Shown piece after piece: positions 24,201 to 35,309 of a stretch of DNA of 64,000 nucleotides. Position numbers and translations under genes: made by a program. The stretch's first letter is position 1. Every line of letters begins with the position of its first letter. The notes under the pieces were generated by a model, which was given only the letters and a program-made list of their open reading frames with translations, was not told the origin of the DNA and searched no databases. This DNA comes from Haliotis cracherodii (lineage: Eukaryota). The stretch is from the NCBI RefSeq assembly GCF_022045235.1, contig NW_027266264.1, positions 80,476,001 through 80,540,000 on the forward strand, read 5' to 3'.

Positions 24201-27200
24201 TGAAACAGCTGATCTAATGTTGTGGTAGTATAATGGCAACACGTGGTTTCATTTTCCAAATAACAATATTCTCTTTGACTGAACTAGAAAGCATATCTAG
24301 TACATCACGATTGGAAAATGTCTACGAGTGAATGAGACCGCTTATCATTTGACTAACGGTGTTAGAATATTTGGCGCATTTTTCTAATTTTGGTATGTTG
24401 ACATGTGCTTTTCATATCTGTTTGAAGGCTTGATATTCCAAAAAAGTAATATGCATTTAGTTGAGTACAGCGAGAAAGCTGTCAAAATGCATCCAATATT
24501 AAACCACCTAGATTTTTGATATTTTAGCTTCATCTATTGGAATCTCGAATGGTTCAATTTATAACATAAACAGTAAAAGTAATTAGATCTTCTCACAATA
24601 TATAGATAATCAATTTCTGAAAGACAAAAAGTTTTTAGTGTAAATGTGACTTCGTTTTGATGTTTTATATAGTTATATGTATGTCTTTTTTCACTCTGCA
24701 TTATCTAAATTACCAAATACTTCGACCAGTGACATATAGTAGTAATTATATTCTACTTTGTTTTTTTATCCTAGGTATGAAATAGATTTTCTTTTTAAAT
24801 AAACATTTGTCTAAGAGCAAAATCAATACATTCTTGTGGGTTTTTTTCACCATTTTAATTTGTATATTTTCCCTCCAAGCTGTTGTTTAGCTAGGCCAAA
24901 ATTAAGAAAAAAAGGAAAGACATAATAAACCATTTTAAGTAAGATTTTGCTGGTTAAATTTTCGGAGTTCAATACCAAGTATATATTTTTCCTTTTATGA
25001 CAAAAAATTCCATTACTTTCATTTATCTACGATCATTATCTATTTCAAACTTTTCCTTCAGTAGAATATGGGATGGAATGGGAAACTAGTGGAAATAAAC
25101 TATCACGTATGTCCTTTAATGTACATGTACATACCTAGCTATAGGTGTAAATACACTTCTAAAGTCGTATTTATAAATCAAATGAATAAATGAAAGAAAA
25201 AGTGGTATTTCATGGACTGGCCATACAAGTATATTTTGAGCAAAGGTCTAAGTTAGGCAGCCAAGTGCGAAATACGAGCTTATACGAGGATGTATGTTTT
25301 CTGGTGTTCATAGTGAAACAATGACATATGGCGCGGCGGCGCCCGAGTTGCGAGTGATCGAAAATAGGTTTGTTGAATAGATTTGCTGCCCATGAAAACG
25401 TTTCAACAAATTTGATTGAATCTACATGTACTTACTCTTGGGTGGTATTACGTAAGTATAATCTTGTTAATTATTAAGAAATAACAATGATGCCCGATAT
25501 TGAGCGATGTCAATTTGAGTATTGTCAGGGCTGTTTAGCGATCTTTCACATTTTGTCCTTTGAAAATGTACGATGTCAATTACCCGGAAGTTGTTTTTAT
25601 CACTAATAAAAGAGCACGGTCATTGAAACATACATGGACGTAACCGGGATTTCTTCACGATATACATTCCAAACTGTCATTCGTTTTGTGACATAATCTT
25701 TGAAACAGTCTGCGTATGAATTAATCACGACCACTTCCATCAATTTTGTTTTGACGTCAAAAACATGCACAATTTCATCGGGGTTTTTTATCGGTAAATA
25801 TAACTCACGGAAAATTCTCAGTGAATGTGTACTTCAACATAAATATGATATGTCTATCACTGTTAGGACATGTACTTGCCAATGATATGAATTATTGGTC
25901 ACTTAGATTTCAAACAAGGGCGCTTACTTGACTTTGCTTGCCGTATTCGGGAGCGTCCATATTACGATTAATGTGGAAAAGTAGGAAACTTATAATACCA
26001 GCACATTTATCAATGGCTGGGCAGTGCATAGATCTTTGGAATTTTGTGATTTTAGATACTGTTGGAAAGACAATCAACTCGAGTTGCATGTTATACAATT
26101 TGGTTACATTGTGTGAAGAAATAAAGACGTTGCAACACTTTTGATACAATGTGTGCGTTTTTGTAACCGCGACGTCAGCACAGTGCGGCACTAAGCGGTT
26201 TGCAGGCTGACTGACGTCCAGGCACCATGAGGGTTAAGAAGATGGCTGTTCCTAAGTATTTGACAGAACGAGTTCTTTGTATTTGTTCGTATCTTGAATG
26301 ACCTATTTGTATTTCAGGTGCTGTGTCAGAAGACACAGAGTTATTTCCCTTCTATAGCTACTACACTCAGGCTGAACACAGCATAGAAGCACTGGTCCAG
26401 ATCAGGTCAGTACACTGCTCAAGGGGTTTGGTTTCAGCAGACTGGTCTGGTACAGATCAGGGCCCACTTGCACAAAGCGATCTTAGCGCTACGACTATTG
26501 TAAGCCTATGTTAAAGTATGGGAGTTACGATCATCTTAGCGCTAAGATCGCTTTGTGCAAGTGGACCCTGGTCAGTACACTGCTCCAGGGGTTTGGTTTC
26601 AGCAGAATGGTCTGGTGCAGATAAGGTCAGTACACTGCTGAAGGGGTTTGGTTTCAGCAGACTGGTCTGGTACAGATCAGGTCAGTACACTGCTCCAGGG
26701 GTTTGGTTTCAGCAGACTGGTCTGGTGCAGATAAGGTCAGTACACAGCTGAAGGGGTTTGGTTTCAGCAGACTGGTCTGGTGCAGATCAGGTCAGTACAC
26801 TGCTCCAGGGGTTTGGTTTCAGCAGACTGGTCTGGTACAGATCAGGTCAGTACACTGCTCCAGGGGTTTGGTTTCAGCAGAATGGTCTGGTGCAGATAAG
26901 GTCAGTACACTGCTGAAGGGGTTTGGTTTCAGCAGACTGGTCTGGTACAGATCAGGTCAGTACACTGCTGAAGGGGTTTGGTTTCAGCAGACTGGTCTGG
27001 TGCAGATGAGGTCAGTACATGTTCCAGGGGTTTGGTTTCAGCAGAATGGTCTGATCCCAGATTCATCTGTGTTACGGGCTTTGGTCTGACACACTGGGAA
27101 GTAACTGAAAGATACTACTCAAAAGAAGTTAAAGAACACCCGATTCTTTCATATTATTACACTTTGTCATGGTATTACAAGCTATAACTGGTCATGAAAA

Positions 27201-28090
27201 CATTGGATGGTCTTTGACTTCAATTGAGTAGTACATTTTGAACTGTGGTTTTAATCCAAACTAACTTACTGACTCATGCATTATAAACATATGCATGCAG
27301 TTTCGTTAGATCAACGTAGAGACACTTTAAACATTTGCTCAAAAGAAAATCTAAAGAATATGTACCATATTCACTGTAATAAGCGCCCTGCGTCAATACG
27401 TACCCCCTGACCAACACGTACCCCCTGACCAACTTCGATCCCATCTGTAAGTAATATTTATAAGTGTGCCCGCACGTTAAATATTTCACCTCATCCCACC
27501 TAGTATTATAAAAAATGTTTTAGTTTTATCACCGTTTGAAAGCGGTATTAAACCCAACTCACCCACTCACTCACTTACTTGTCGGGGGCACGGGTGGCCT
27601 AATCATCTAAGGCGCTGCGATTCGCTGTGCAGAGTTGCATTCCTTGAGCACGCCAGATACCAATGATTGTGGGTTCCAATCCCGGTTCGTCCTGATCATG
27701 TTTCTAGGTTTGTCAGCACCATACCCGTGGGTTTCACCGAAGTGGTAAACGTCTGAGACCTGCATCACTTCGGGCTTTCCTCCCACATTAAGCTGACAGG
27801 CCATGATATAACTCGAGTACTGTTAAAAGCGACGTTAAACCCAACTCACTCACTTACTCACTTACTTGTCAGTTTGTAAAACTGTTATGTTTCGTCATGA
27901 TACTACTGTCAGAGGCGAAGAATGAATGTAACGTTGGTTTGTGGTACAACTGGGCTTGTTGTGTTGCAGACATGAGTGGGACCTCCATCTGGTACCACCC
28001 AACATCCCTGCTGGGAGTCGTATCCCGGATGGCTGGATCATGCCTGCTGAACCCTCATCGGAGGCCTGGGCGTCCGCCTTGAAGGATTAA
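12276..28090 (+). CDS. PDCD7: Programmed cell death protein 7 / U11 snRNP 59K protein, 9 exons, 601 aa
   Basis: Exons 12276-13130, 14067-14210, 15530-15619, 19408-19539, 20435-20573, 21231-21343, 21479-21602, 26318-26405, 27970-28090 (1806 nt, in frame). Pro-rich N-terminus, then ELKKSADATLSSVRKK, LQKLRKVR, YESEERTLKVML, KLFG, YYTQAEHSIEALVQIRHEWD, IPDGWIMP, WASALK, matching the PDCD7 C-terminal domain. Exon 2 acceptor is the least certain boundary. Confidence 0.92.
13433..13934. mobile_element. MITE / non-autonomous DNA transposon (hAT-like CAG termini)
   Basis: 18-bp TIR CAGAGCTC(A/C)AGATAAGCT, flanked by direct TGATAG duplication. Confidence 0.7.
14291..14520 (+). mobile_element. SINE-like family B copy
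   Basis: GAAGATCCAGGGTAGAATAGGTCTTC...CACTGGATTG core shared with about 12 copies in the window. Confidence 0.75.
15049..15303 (+). mobile_element. tRNA-derived SINE family C (V-domain-like), 5' truncated
   Basis: B box GGTTCGAATCC, GGCTTTCCTCCCAC motif, (ACTC)n tail, TSD TGTTGCGTTAGC. Confidence 0.8.
16092..16115 (+). promoter_or_regulatory. Candidate USSE (U11 snRNP-binding splicing enhancer): tandem U12-type 5' splice-site motifs in PDCD7 intron 3
   Basis: GTATCCTTT atgttt GTATCCTTT. Upstream cryptic acceptor T9-CTTTCAG ends at 16007 and is followed by TAA in frame with exon 3. No U12 branch point seen before the exon 4 acceptor. Confidence 0.7.
16301..16412. repeat. 21-bp tandem repeat, 5 copies
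   Basis: GAACTGGCCCATGATGAGATA. Confidence 0.9.
17124..17286 (+). mobile_element. tRNA(Asp)-like SINE family A
   Basis: A/B boxes, GTC anticodon-like loop, shared tail GCTGGAATATTGCTAAAAG, TSD ATAACAAGAAGT. Confidence 0.85.
18020..19345. repeat. 39-bp minisatellite with two interspersed variants, PDCD7 intron 3
   Basis: TCCCTGTATGGAGCTTGGTAATAGCCTGACATATGTACA and a ...TTTGTATGATCAAGACATG variant. Confidence 0.95.
19717..19932 (+). mobile_element. SINE-like family B copy
   Basis: GACCCGTGAAGATCC...TAACGGGATCGGGTGGTCAG...TTAAACAACAAACAAAC. Confidence 0.75.
19933..20400. repeat. 21-bp minisatellite upstream of PDCD7 exon 5
   Basis: TACATCCAGGTCCTCATTGGT, about 22 copies. Confidence 0.95.
20932..21230 (+). 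repeat. 41-bp minisatellite running into the PDCD7 exon 6 acceptor
   Basis: Unit TTGACAGTGTGATGTGATACATTCATGGTCATCTTGTGTTA x7; the last unit ends TCTTGTGTTATCTGCAG|exon. Confidence 0.9.
21851..22090 (+). mobile_element. SINE-like family B copy
   Basis: Near full-length match to other copies. Confidence 0.8.
22168..26233. mobile_element. Non-autonomous piggyBac-like DNA transposon (4066 bp) in PDCD7 intron 7
   Basis: TTAA on both flanks; TIR CCCTC(T/A)TGGTGCC; subterminal IR CCGCATAGTGCC / GGCACTAAGCGG; no transposase ORF. Confidence 0.8.
26406..27055 (+). repeat. 55-bp minisatellite derived from the PDCD7 exon 8 donor junction (~10 units)
   Basis: Unit GTCAGTACACTGCTC...CTGGTACAGATCAG regenerates AG|GTCAGT. 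Confidence 0.9.
26461..26570. mobile_element. ~110-bp MITE; degenerate relatives at ~40475-40570 and ~52785-52883
   Basis: Long TIR GG(C/T)CCACTTGCACAAAGCGATCTTAGCGCT, with CAG/CTG at the ends. Confidence 0.8.
27584..27865 (+). mobile_element. tRNA-derived SINE family C, full length
   Basis: Head GGGGGCACGGGTGGCCTAATCATCTAAGGCG; flanking duplication ACTTACTTGTC. Confidence 0.8.
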
Positions 28091-28159
28091 ATACTTTCTT
28101 ACTTATATATATGCTGTGTTGTTTCCTTCTTTATAGTGAATATGTTTCATACTTGCCCT

Positions 28160-28440
28160 GACCGCCTCCGTGGTCTAGTGGTAGAGCGTCCGCCCGGAGA
28201 GCAGAAGGTCCGGGGTTTGATCCCCAGCCGCGTCATACCAAAAGACGTTTAAAGATGGTACTTGTTACCCTGTCTGGCGCTAGGCATTAAGGGGCTAAAA
28301 CAAGGACTGGACGGCTCGGAGTCAGTATACTGTGTCTGAGTGGGGTATTCATGTTAAACTGCGGCATGGTATCTCAGTGGGCTAGCACTATAAATCGGCA
28401 TCAGTCCAGACTAGTACAAGCAGCCACACAAACACATAAA
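28160..28440 (+). mobile_element. tRNA-derived SINE with Meta-like central domain, in the PDCD7 3'UTR region
   Basis: A/B boxes followed by GTCATACCAAAAGACGTTTAAAGATGGTA. A 5'-truncated relative lies at ~45790-46010. Confidence 0.7.
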
Positions 28441-29361
28441 CGTGCATGCACGTCACTATATAAGTGCAATAATCTTGGACGCGACCTTAGACCCAATTTC
28501 CCCTAACCTCATACTGCATGACCTGTTCTTCTGACCAGAGACACAGAACCTCCGTGGATTCAGGTGTCAGTGTGCTGGGCAGATCTGCATGTCTGCCAGG
28601 CCTCTGGGGCAGGAGGAGTCCCAAGTGTGTATGCTTGGACTGTGGGGCGGAATGGGTTAACAGTGACCCTCTCTGTCTCCCCGTGGAGATTGCAGGGCAG
28701 AACCCCTGTACCCACACTTGTCTCGCTGTGGGATTCTGGGACTCGAAGTGTCCCGTCATGACACCTTAACTTGAATAACCCTTATCCAAATGTCGAAGTA
28801 TATAACCATTAAGGTTTTGTTCATCTGTTGCTATTTCACTCATAATAACCTTCAAAAATAGCTTGGATGTTCACACCTCAAACCCTCTTCCAGTCTGTTA
28901 CATAATGATCACCACATGTTGAGAGAACTGTTTGACTGCCATTCTAGAAGTTAGTAAGTAGGAAAAGGCTAACTTTATGGACAGCAACTTCTGGTTTATA
29001 GCTTATAGCAAAGTTTCTTACACCCTTATCAAGCTGGATAAGGGTGCACGCTTGATAGCAGTGAGAATCTACTTCAAAACGTCTCTATATGCAATTGACC
29101 AGAAGTTGTTATCCATAAAGCAGTACGTTTTCCTAGGTTAAGATACTAATGGTGGAAATCTCCATGAACATTAAATAATGTCCCAGTAGGTCTGTAAAGG
29201 TTTCTCATGACACATCCTCGCTCCATAACATCAGGTTTTGTTTTTTGTCATTAGCGATAATCTACCTTTGGGCAGAGAAACTTGTGTCATATATATATAT
29301 CCTCTTGTGTCATATATATATCCTATAAACAAAGTCACCAAATCCATATGGTCTCCTACGA

Positions 29362-29553
29362 AACAGAATAGGTTTCCAGCACCCATGCGACTACCAGATC
29401 GGGTGGTCAGGCTCTCTGACTTGACTGATGCATGTCATTAATCCCAAATGCGTAGATCAATGCTGATGATGTCTGGTCCAGACTTGATTATTTACAGACC
29501 GTCGTCATAAAGCTGGAATATTGCTGAGTGGGGCCTTAAACAACAAACAAGCA
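29362..29553 (+). mobile_element. SINE-like family B copy (partial)
   Basis: GATCGGGTGGTCAGG...GTCTGGTCCAGACT...TTAAACAACAAAC. Confidence 0.7.
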
Positions 29554-29845
29554 AGTCCCTCTGTGATAGAGCACTGGCTCCCCACATGGTCATTGCACCA
29601 GTTTGTAAATCATGTACGACCTATACTCTGATAACACCCTTTACAACATAAGAAAAACACTGATTGTGTAGGTAGTTTATTTATGGTGGTGAAGTGACTC
29701 ACACATGAAAGTAAATTAATGTTCATTTATAATACATGACAAGACATCTCAGAAATGACTGACACCATTCAGAAAACGTGCGTTGTACATCATTCACAGG
29801 TGGCGTGTGTTCCCCAGAATGTATTGCATCCAATCCATGTCTCTG

Positions 29846-31056
29846 CTAGTTGAAGCCCTTCCATGCATACGATGCGACCACACCCATGTCTTTGTAGATA
29901 GACTTGACAACACGTCGGTCACTGTCGGGAATATCCTGAGCTTTGGTTAATCTTTCAAGCTGAAACAGGAGAAATGCTAGTCGGTTGATATAATACACTT
30001 TGGGGCTACTTCAGTATTCGTATGGGGATGTTGTGTTAATATTTAGTGTTTTGAAAGAATAATAAACACCAATCGATAGATCTATGTTTAACACCTATAG
30101 TTGCCAGAAGAAATACTAATGCATTTTGTAAGTATTAACAGAACAATGCAATGCACATAAAATTTGCTTCTCGATGTTCAACAGTTTAAGAAATAAAGGT
30201 AAAGAATGTTGCATCGTGTAGATCTGAACACAACAATAAAATAAAAATGCATGAACTTGTATCCCATGTAATGTCAATTTCACCCACAGGCAAGTTTTGT
30301 CTCTTCTTACATTGAGGGACTGGTCATATATTATGGGGGATGAGTGAGAGTACCTGGTCTTTGGCGTGGCGAGCAAACCCTTTAACCACTAGACTACCCC
30401 ACCACCCCTCATGTATTATGTGTATTAGGGGGTGGATGGGGTGGGGGGAGGATGTGTGATTGGTCTCAGAACTATCATATTTCACCGACCACCCCCTATT
30501 TTATGCAACATCTTTTCCGGAAACGAATACCACCCCTGTAGAACCTAAGTCCAACTTGTTGCAACTTGAAAAATAAAAATTTCTAAAATTCCTAAATAGC
30601 AAGAGGCACCAGTCCAGTATGTGTCTGGTAAACATGCAAAGTTTTTGTTGGAAAGTATTGAAAGGGTTTTGAGTTATGCTCCGGAAACAAACTCTACCCT
30701 ATAGAACCTAAGTCCAACTTGTTGCAATGGAAACGTAAAAAATAAAAAATTATAAAATTCCTAAATAGCAAAAGGCACCAGTTCAGTATGTGCCTAGTAG
30801 ACATGCAAAGTTTTGTAAGAAAGTATGTAACAGTTTTCGAGTTACGCTCCGGAAACGAACAACACCCTTATAGAACCTAAGTCCAACTTGTTGCCATGGA
30901 AACGTAAAAAATAAAAATTCATAAAATTCCTTAATAGCAAAAGGCACCAGCTCAGCATGAGTGTGATAGACATGCAAAGTTTCGTAGAGAAATATTTAAC
31001 GGTTTCTGAGTTATGCTCCGGAAACGATTTCGGGACGCACACATGCACACACACAT

Positions 31057-31099
<43 letters not shown>

Positions 31100-31611
31100 C
31101 GGAACCAATTTCTATATCCCCCGCCAACTTCGTTGGGACGGGGGATAATAACCAATCCCTAAATAATGTTCAAATTTATAATAACTAACATTTGAAAAAA
31201 AGACAACTGAAATTTGACCATGCCCACCACATTGCCCCTAAACACCCCCACACCCCCACACCCCCTACACAAACACAAACACATAGTGGTTACAGTTTGG
31301 CGACGTTTCTCGATCCCTCCCCGTTAATCCACCGCTCCCCCCTTTAATAAATGATCAGTCACTAAAACCAAACTTTTGGTACAAGTTTAAGAGCTCTTAC
31401 TCACCATTTCATTTATTTCATCTTGACTCATATTTTTGTTCGGTCTGTTGAAAGTCGGTTCCTTTGACTCCGAGACTTGGTTCAACCTCGCCACCACAGC
31501 CTCGATCTCTTCCTCGCTCAGCTTCTGGTGGCCTAGGCCGTACTTCGGCTTGAGGATTGTGCCCCAGGGGAGCTTACTGCTGGGGGGATTGACTGAAGAC
31601 TCGGACGTCAT
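29846..31611 (-). CDS. Uncharacterised 106-aa protein with two helical [LM]SxxEIxxxxxRL repeats; possibly ciliary
   Basis: Exon 31641-31405 (acceptor tttcag, ATG at 31611, donor ATG|gtgagt) splices in phase 0 to exon 29959-29846 (acceptor ctgtttcag; LERLTKAQDIPDSDRRVVKSIYKDMGVVASYAWKGFN*). Probable 5'UTR exon ends at donor AAG|gtaggt at 32624. Minus-strand AATAAA near 29677. Confidence 0.75.
30490..31151 (+). mobile_element. Helentron-associated/HINE-like element: ~165-bp core tandem repeats, (CA)n and 3' hairpin
   Basis: CCGGAAAC recurs at ~30516, 30681, 30849 and 31018; (CA)n/ACGG tract; terminal palindrome TATCCCCCGCCAAC-TTC-GTTGGGACGGGGGATA. Confidence 0.7.
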
Positions 31612-31777
31612 CCTTACACTAGAGTTATTTCCCTTATACCGCTGAAATGAAAACATTGACATGTACTCTAATGACATGTTACTAACAGCAAAGCAGCGAC
31701 TGGTGATTGACATTGTAAAGACAAGTCCAAGAGTTCTTAACGACGTTTTCTGTATCATGTAATGACATTAAATGTAC

Positions 31778-31791
31778 GTATCTATGGCAAC
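31778..31791. promoter_or_regulatory. RFX X-box motif
   Basis: GTATCTATGGCAAC fits GTHNYY-AT-RRNAAC. A second, one-mismatch motif GTTACCATAACAGC lies at 32641-32654 in the putative first exon. Confidence 0.5.
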
Positions 31792-31857
31792 GTTACATCT
31801 CCCAAACTTACAGGTCTAGGATCTGAGTACTGCATAGCATTAATTGTTGTAATCGTT

Positions 31858-32061
31858 AGTTGGTTGGTTTTACGCTGCACACTGCAATATTCCAGCTATA
31901 TGACGGCGGTCTGTAAATAATCGAGTCTGGACCAGACAATCCGGTGATTGACATCTTGAGGATCGATCCACGCCATTGGGATCAATGACATGCTTCAACC
32001 AAGTCAGCGATCCTTACCACCCGATCCCTTTAGTCGCCTCTTACGACAAGCTTAGTCGCCT
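31858..32061 (-). mobile_element. SINE-like family B copy
   Basis: Reverse-complement match to the family core. Confidence 0.75.
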
Positions 32062-32261
32062 AGTTGTAATCGACCAACATGGATCAGTGACTGATATCTC
32101 AAGTCGCGAGTATCTTGGGTGTTAGGTTTGAGTAAAGTATGACAATTTTAAGAAAACAAAATAGCAATTAGGGTGAAGGATGTAATTCACGTGTAGCATA
32201 TTTCACATTTGAACAATTTCACAGCAGTAAACCACAACCCAGGTGTAACATAACAACACTG

Positions 32262-32485
32262 ATAATAATAATCCATTTATTTTGCGCAATGTCCACACCA
32301 CACATGGGCATGCTCAAAGTGCTATTATTACCCCAGTCACTGAATGTGCAGTCAACAATCATTCTCAGCTCCCCGGGGAGTACACAACCCAAGCTGACTG
32401 TTAGTCGCTAGAAGGTTAACAACCACATTGCCATATCATCCTACCGGGTACCCATTCACTGCTGGGTGAACAGAGGCACATTTCG
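32262..32485 (-). mobile_element. 5'-truncated SINE with CORE-like motif and (TTA)n tail
   Basis: Minus strand CCTCTGTTCACCCAGCAGTGAATGGGTACC ... GCGCAAAATAAATGGATTATTATTA. Confidence 0.5.
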
Positions 32486-33323
32486 AACAACATCGACCCC
32501 GACGGCTGACAACGGAGATATCAAAACAAGCATACACACAGCACAGCTCGAAAACAAGACATACTATGACTGAATTTCATAAACATAAACAAACGAACAT
32601 ATGTTACATCTCTTCTAACCTACCTTTCTTGTACAAACTAGTTACCATAACAGCTATGTCAACACTTCACGAGCACTTAAATACCCGACTGCTCAACTCG
32701 AAGTGAAGCGGTATCTACCCACCAAACACTGTCGGTTCTGGCAGTGCTTCCACGGTAATCCCACTATTGTGGACAACGCGGGGAGGGTGTTACAGGAAGA
32801 ATTTCTATGGAGCCATAATCCCCCAAAAGGATTAGTAACACCAAAGTCGAATAAAACACTTTTCTTTGTGAGAACCCATTAACATGTAAACTCGGCATGT
32901 GATCGGATTGGATTATACTAACCCGCCATCTTAGTGTTCATCTATATACTGTTACAATAGGAATGCATGGACCAGGGGCCATGTCAATAGATAATTATCC
33001 ATTTATTCCAAATTAACAGGAGTGCTCAATAGAAGGAATAAGCTTGGCTAATAGTGGATTACATGGGGTTTGTTTGCTCTCGGGTGTTGCTTAGCGATTG
33101 GTCCGGCTGCGTATAGGAAGTTTTACTCGTTTCAGAAAACAAACAGTGATTCGGCTGCTAAAAAGACACACAATGTCCATTATGTAAGATAGGGATTGTC
33201 TGGCTGGAGTAGTGTCTAATTGTACGTCGACGGCGAGGATCGATATCCAGGTAATTGGCCACAGGTGTTTATTTTGTAATAGCTGCCTGTAGTAGGAATG
33301 GATTATCAGTCTACATTTGTAGA

Positions 33324-33835
33324 TGTAACTAATGTTATATTTGGGATAACACTTTCTTAATAAAGTACAGATTCTAGTACTTTTCCGTCCGGGATTCGAA
33401 CCCACACCTGCCAGGGTGAGGCACCTAATCGCCAGCACACAAAGTCAGCGATCTAACCCACTCAGCCACCGAGACTTCCACAAAAAATGAAAGTCCGACA
33501 ACTGGTAGTCTAGATCACGTACTTTGAGTACCCCCCTGACAAGTGTAAATTGGCACGGCTCCCATGGCCGAAAGCTATGAATACACAATGCCATTTAGAA
33601 AGAGGTCAAATGTAACTAATGTTATATTTGGGATAACACTTTCTTAGTAAGAAAGTTAGATCGCTGACTTTGTGTGCTGGCGATTAGCTGCCTCACCCTG
33701 GCAGGTGTGGGTTCGAATCCCGGACGAGACTCGACCCAAAAAAGTACTAGAATCTGTACTTTACTAAGAAAGTGTTATCCCAAATATAACATTAGTTACA
33801 TTTGACCACTTTCTAAATGGCATTGTGTATTCATA
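33324..33835 (-). mobile_element. tRNA-headed tandem-unit (~287 bp) retroelement insertion with inverted 5' segment
   Basis: A box TGGCTGAGTGG, B box GGTTCGAATCC; direct repeat 33324/33611; inverted copy 33654-33835; flanking duplication ACATTTGTAGATGT. Confidence 0.7.
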
Positions 33836-34480
33836 CATTTGTAGATGTTAAACATACATCGTGAACTGCGTCCACTCACTCACCCACTGGACCTGTCACG
33901 TGACATCCGAGACGACAATAACCCCATACACATGTTGAGACGCCCCCGTAGTATTGAATGCATGTATTGAAAGCTGGCATGAAGCCATGCTATTGAACAC
34001 ACCCTGAGATTGGAAATTGAGATGACTCCGTGCGTTAAGGCGACCATGTACTGAGCGATGACCCTGGCGGGACCGACCTACTGATTGCTGATTGTTACAC
34101 TCATGAATAAGGGTGTCACTGCATGGATGCACACCCAATGTAGGGAGGTCTACCCGTTTAACAATACCCGATGATAACCCCCGTGTCAGAACTAGTGACG
34201 ACATTATTGAGGTCAAATAGGTATAAATCGACGTACGCCGGATGTCCGAGCCATGTTAAGTGGTATTCCGGATACCACCGAGGTACGCTGAATGTCTCTT
34301 GGCTGTCAGGATCCGTTGGTCGATTCAAAGACTAGACCTTCTTAAGAACCTTGGTTTCGCTACACCCATGGCCGAGTGTTTACCAGAAAGGAAAACGTCT
34401 GCGGCCTGCGTCCGACATTGTCCCGCTTACTGATCTGACATGTAGTAATACTGCTTACAGCGACGCTAAACCCAAATAGG

Positions 34481-34738
34481 CCAGTGAAGATCGGGGGAGA
34501 ATAGGTCTTCAGCAACCCATGCTTGCCCTAAAAGGCGACCATGCTAGTCGTAAGCGACTAACAGGATCGGTTGGTCAGGTTCGCTGACTTGGTTGATGCC
34601 TGTCATCAATCCCAATGGCGTGGATCGATGCTCATGACGTCAACCACTGGACTGTCTGGTCCAGACGCGATTATTTACAGATCGCCGTCATATAGCTGTA
34701 AAATTGCTGAGTGCGGCGTTAAATAACAAACAAACAAA
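34481..34738 (+). mobile_element. SINE-like family B copy
   Basis: Full core plus (AAAC)n tail. Confidence 0.8.
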
Positions 34739-35309
34739 TTAAACCCAAATTACATTTCGATATTATGTTGAATGTCAAATGCCGCCTTCAAAACAGGAAG
34801 GAAACGTGTGGTGCACAATGATTTGAACTACAACATTAAATCGCGTGTCAGGTAAACTTATCACACAATCGTCTAACGGAAAGTCAATGCTTTTGCAGCG
34901 TTATCTCAGCGCTCCTGTATACAAAGGGCGATTGTTGTGCATATTCTTCACGGCGTGTAGTAACAGCCAGTTAACCCATGCTTTGTATAGAGCACCGCAC
35001 AATCGGCGGACATGTATTTGTGACATGTTCGGTCACTGTACTGAGTCACAGCTACAATTTCAGGCTTCATTAACCGGCTACCCCTGGCGCTCTTAGCACC
35101 AAGCACTTGTCATGATTATCTGTACATGTCCTTCCGCTGGCTACCACTGTGTTCAAATGGTTGTGGTGTCGTGTTGTGCTCTATTGGCCCAGTGGGCTTC
35201 GCTCTACCGGATTTCACTGGCTAAGTTCTGAAGTTAACCTATAGCTATAGTATAGTAATAAATACTGCTGCAGTATAAAAACTGTCTGATTACAGGACAA
35301 ATATTTAAA

